A stretch of DNA of 64,000 nt from Octopus sinensis (Eukaryota), in contig NC_043002.1 in the NCBI RefSeq assembly GCF_006345805.1, forward strand, positions 78,182,001-78,246,000, written 5' to 3'. How positions within the stretch are numbered: the stretch's first letter is position 1; every line of letters begins with the position of its first letter. A program made the position numbers and the translations under genes. The notes beneath the pieces are model-generated. The model searched no databases and had not been told where the DNA came from. It was given only the letters and a program-made list of their open reading frames with translations. Positions 63,415 through 64,000 of the stretch are shown here, one piece after another.

Positions 63415-64000
63415 TGTGGTCAATGTGGAAACTGGGGATAGATGAGTGGTTGGTGAGAGCTGTACAAGCCATGTATAGGAATGTTTTTGAGTAGATGGCC
63501 CTGTTCTATTTGTGGAAAAAGCCTAGGTTGAAACTATGGCCTAGGTGTAAGCTATGGACACATGAGAGGTACATCAATATCAGAGGAAGGTTAACAGGGA
63601 AAATAACTTTTGTGTGTGTGTGGAAGATGCACAGGTACAATAAACACTGAAAATGTACATAAAATAGACTCCATCAACTGCCAAGTGGGGAGGGTAAGCT
63701 AGAGGTAGTAGATAGCTTCTGTTATTTAGGTGACCAAGTTAGTAGCAGAGGTAGATGCTCCAAGACTGTAGCTGTGAGAATAAGAATAGGTTGGGCAAAG
63801 TTCAGAGAGCTCCTACCTCTGCTGGCAACAAAAAGCTTCTCCTTCATAGGAGAGAAAAGTTGGGCATAAGAGGCATCAGATGTGGCGTGCATGAGATGAC
63901 TGCATTGGTATGGTCATGTGATGTGTATGGACAAGGACAGCTGTGGAAGGAACCTGTGGGAGAAGCAGACCCAGGAAAACATGGGACAAAGTGGTGAAGC
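63412..64000 (+). mobile_element. RTE-clade LINE fragment (internally deleted)
   Basis: Translates KLGIDEWLVRAVQAMYRN and LEVVDSFCYLGDQVSSRGRCSKTVAVRIRIGWAKFRELLPLL, RTE reverse-transcriptase motifs. Confidence 0.85.

Overview
AT-rich, microsatellite- and SINE-dense animal genomic DNA. The repeat families resemble those of Octopus (coleoid cephalopod); this is an inference. Two spliced genes converge tail-to-tail. (+) The 3' part of a LASP1/Lasp-type LIM-nebulin-SH3 gene: linker exons at 5211-5306/5324 and 10095-10132, and a terminal SH3 exon at 12364-12543. (-) The last 12 coding exons of Enhancer of polycomb (EPC1/E(Pc), NuA4/TIP60 subunit), from 61311 down to the stop at 30966; all splice phases join in frame (592 aa; the N-terminus lies beyond the window). 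Introns carry tRNA-derived SINEs, RTE/CR1/HERO LINE fragments, piggyBac/hAT-type MITEs, Helitron-like and Penelope-like pieces and several foldback palindromes. The most notable unexplained signals are two GC-rich, strand-biased RNA-structure islands (13664-13848 on +, 19009-19172 on -) inside a ~10 kb transposon-free zone of facing 3' UTRs, a 647-bp foldback element with an 8-bp TSD, and a candidate 12-nt microexon. No prokaryote-type system (CRISPR, operon) is present, and most short ORFs in the track are spurious.
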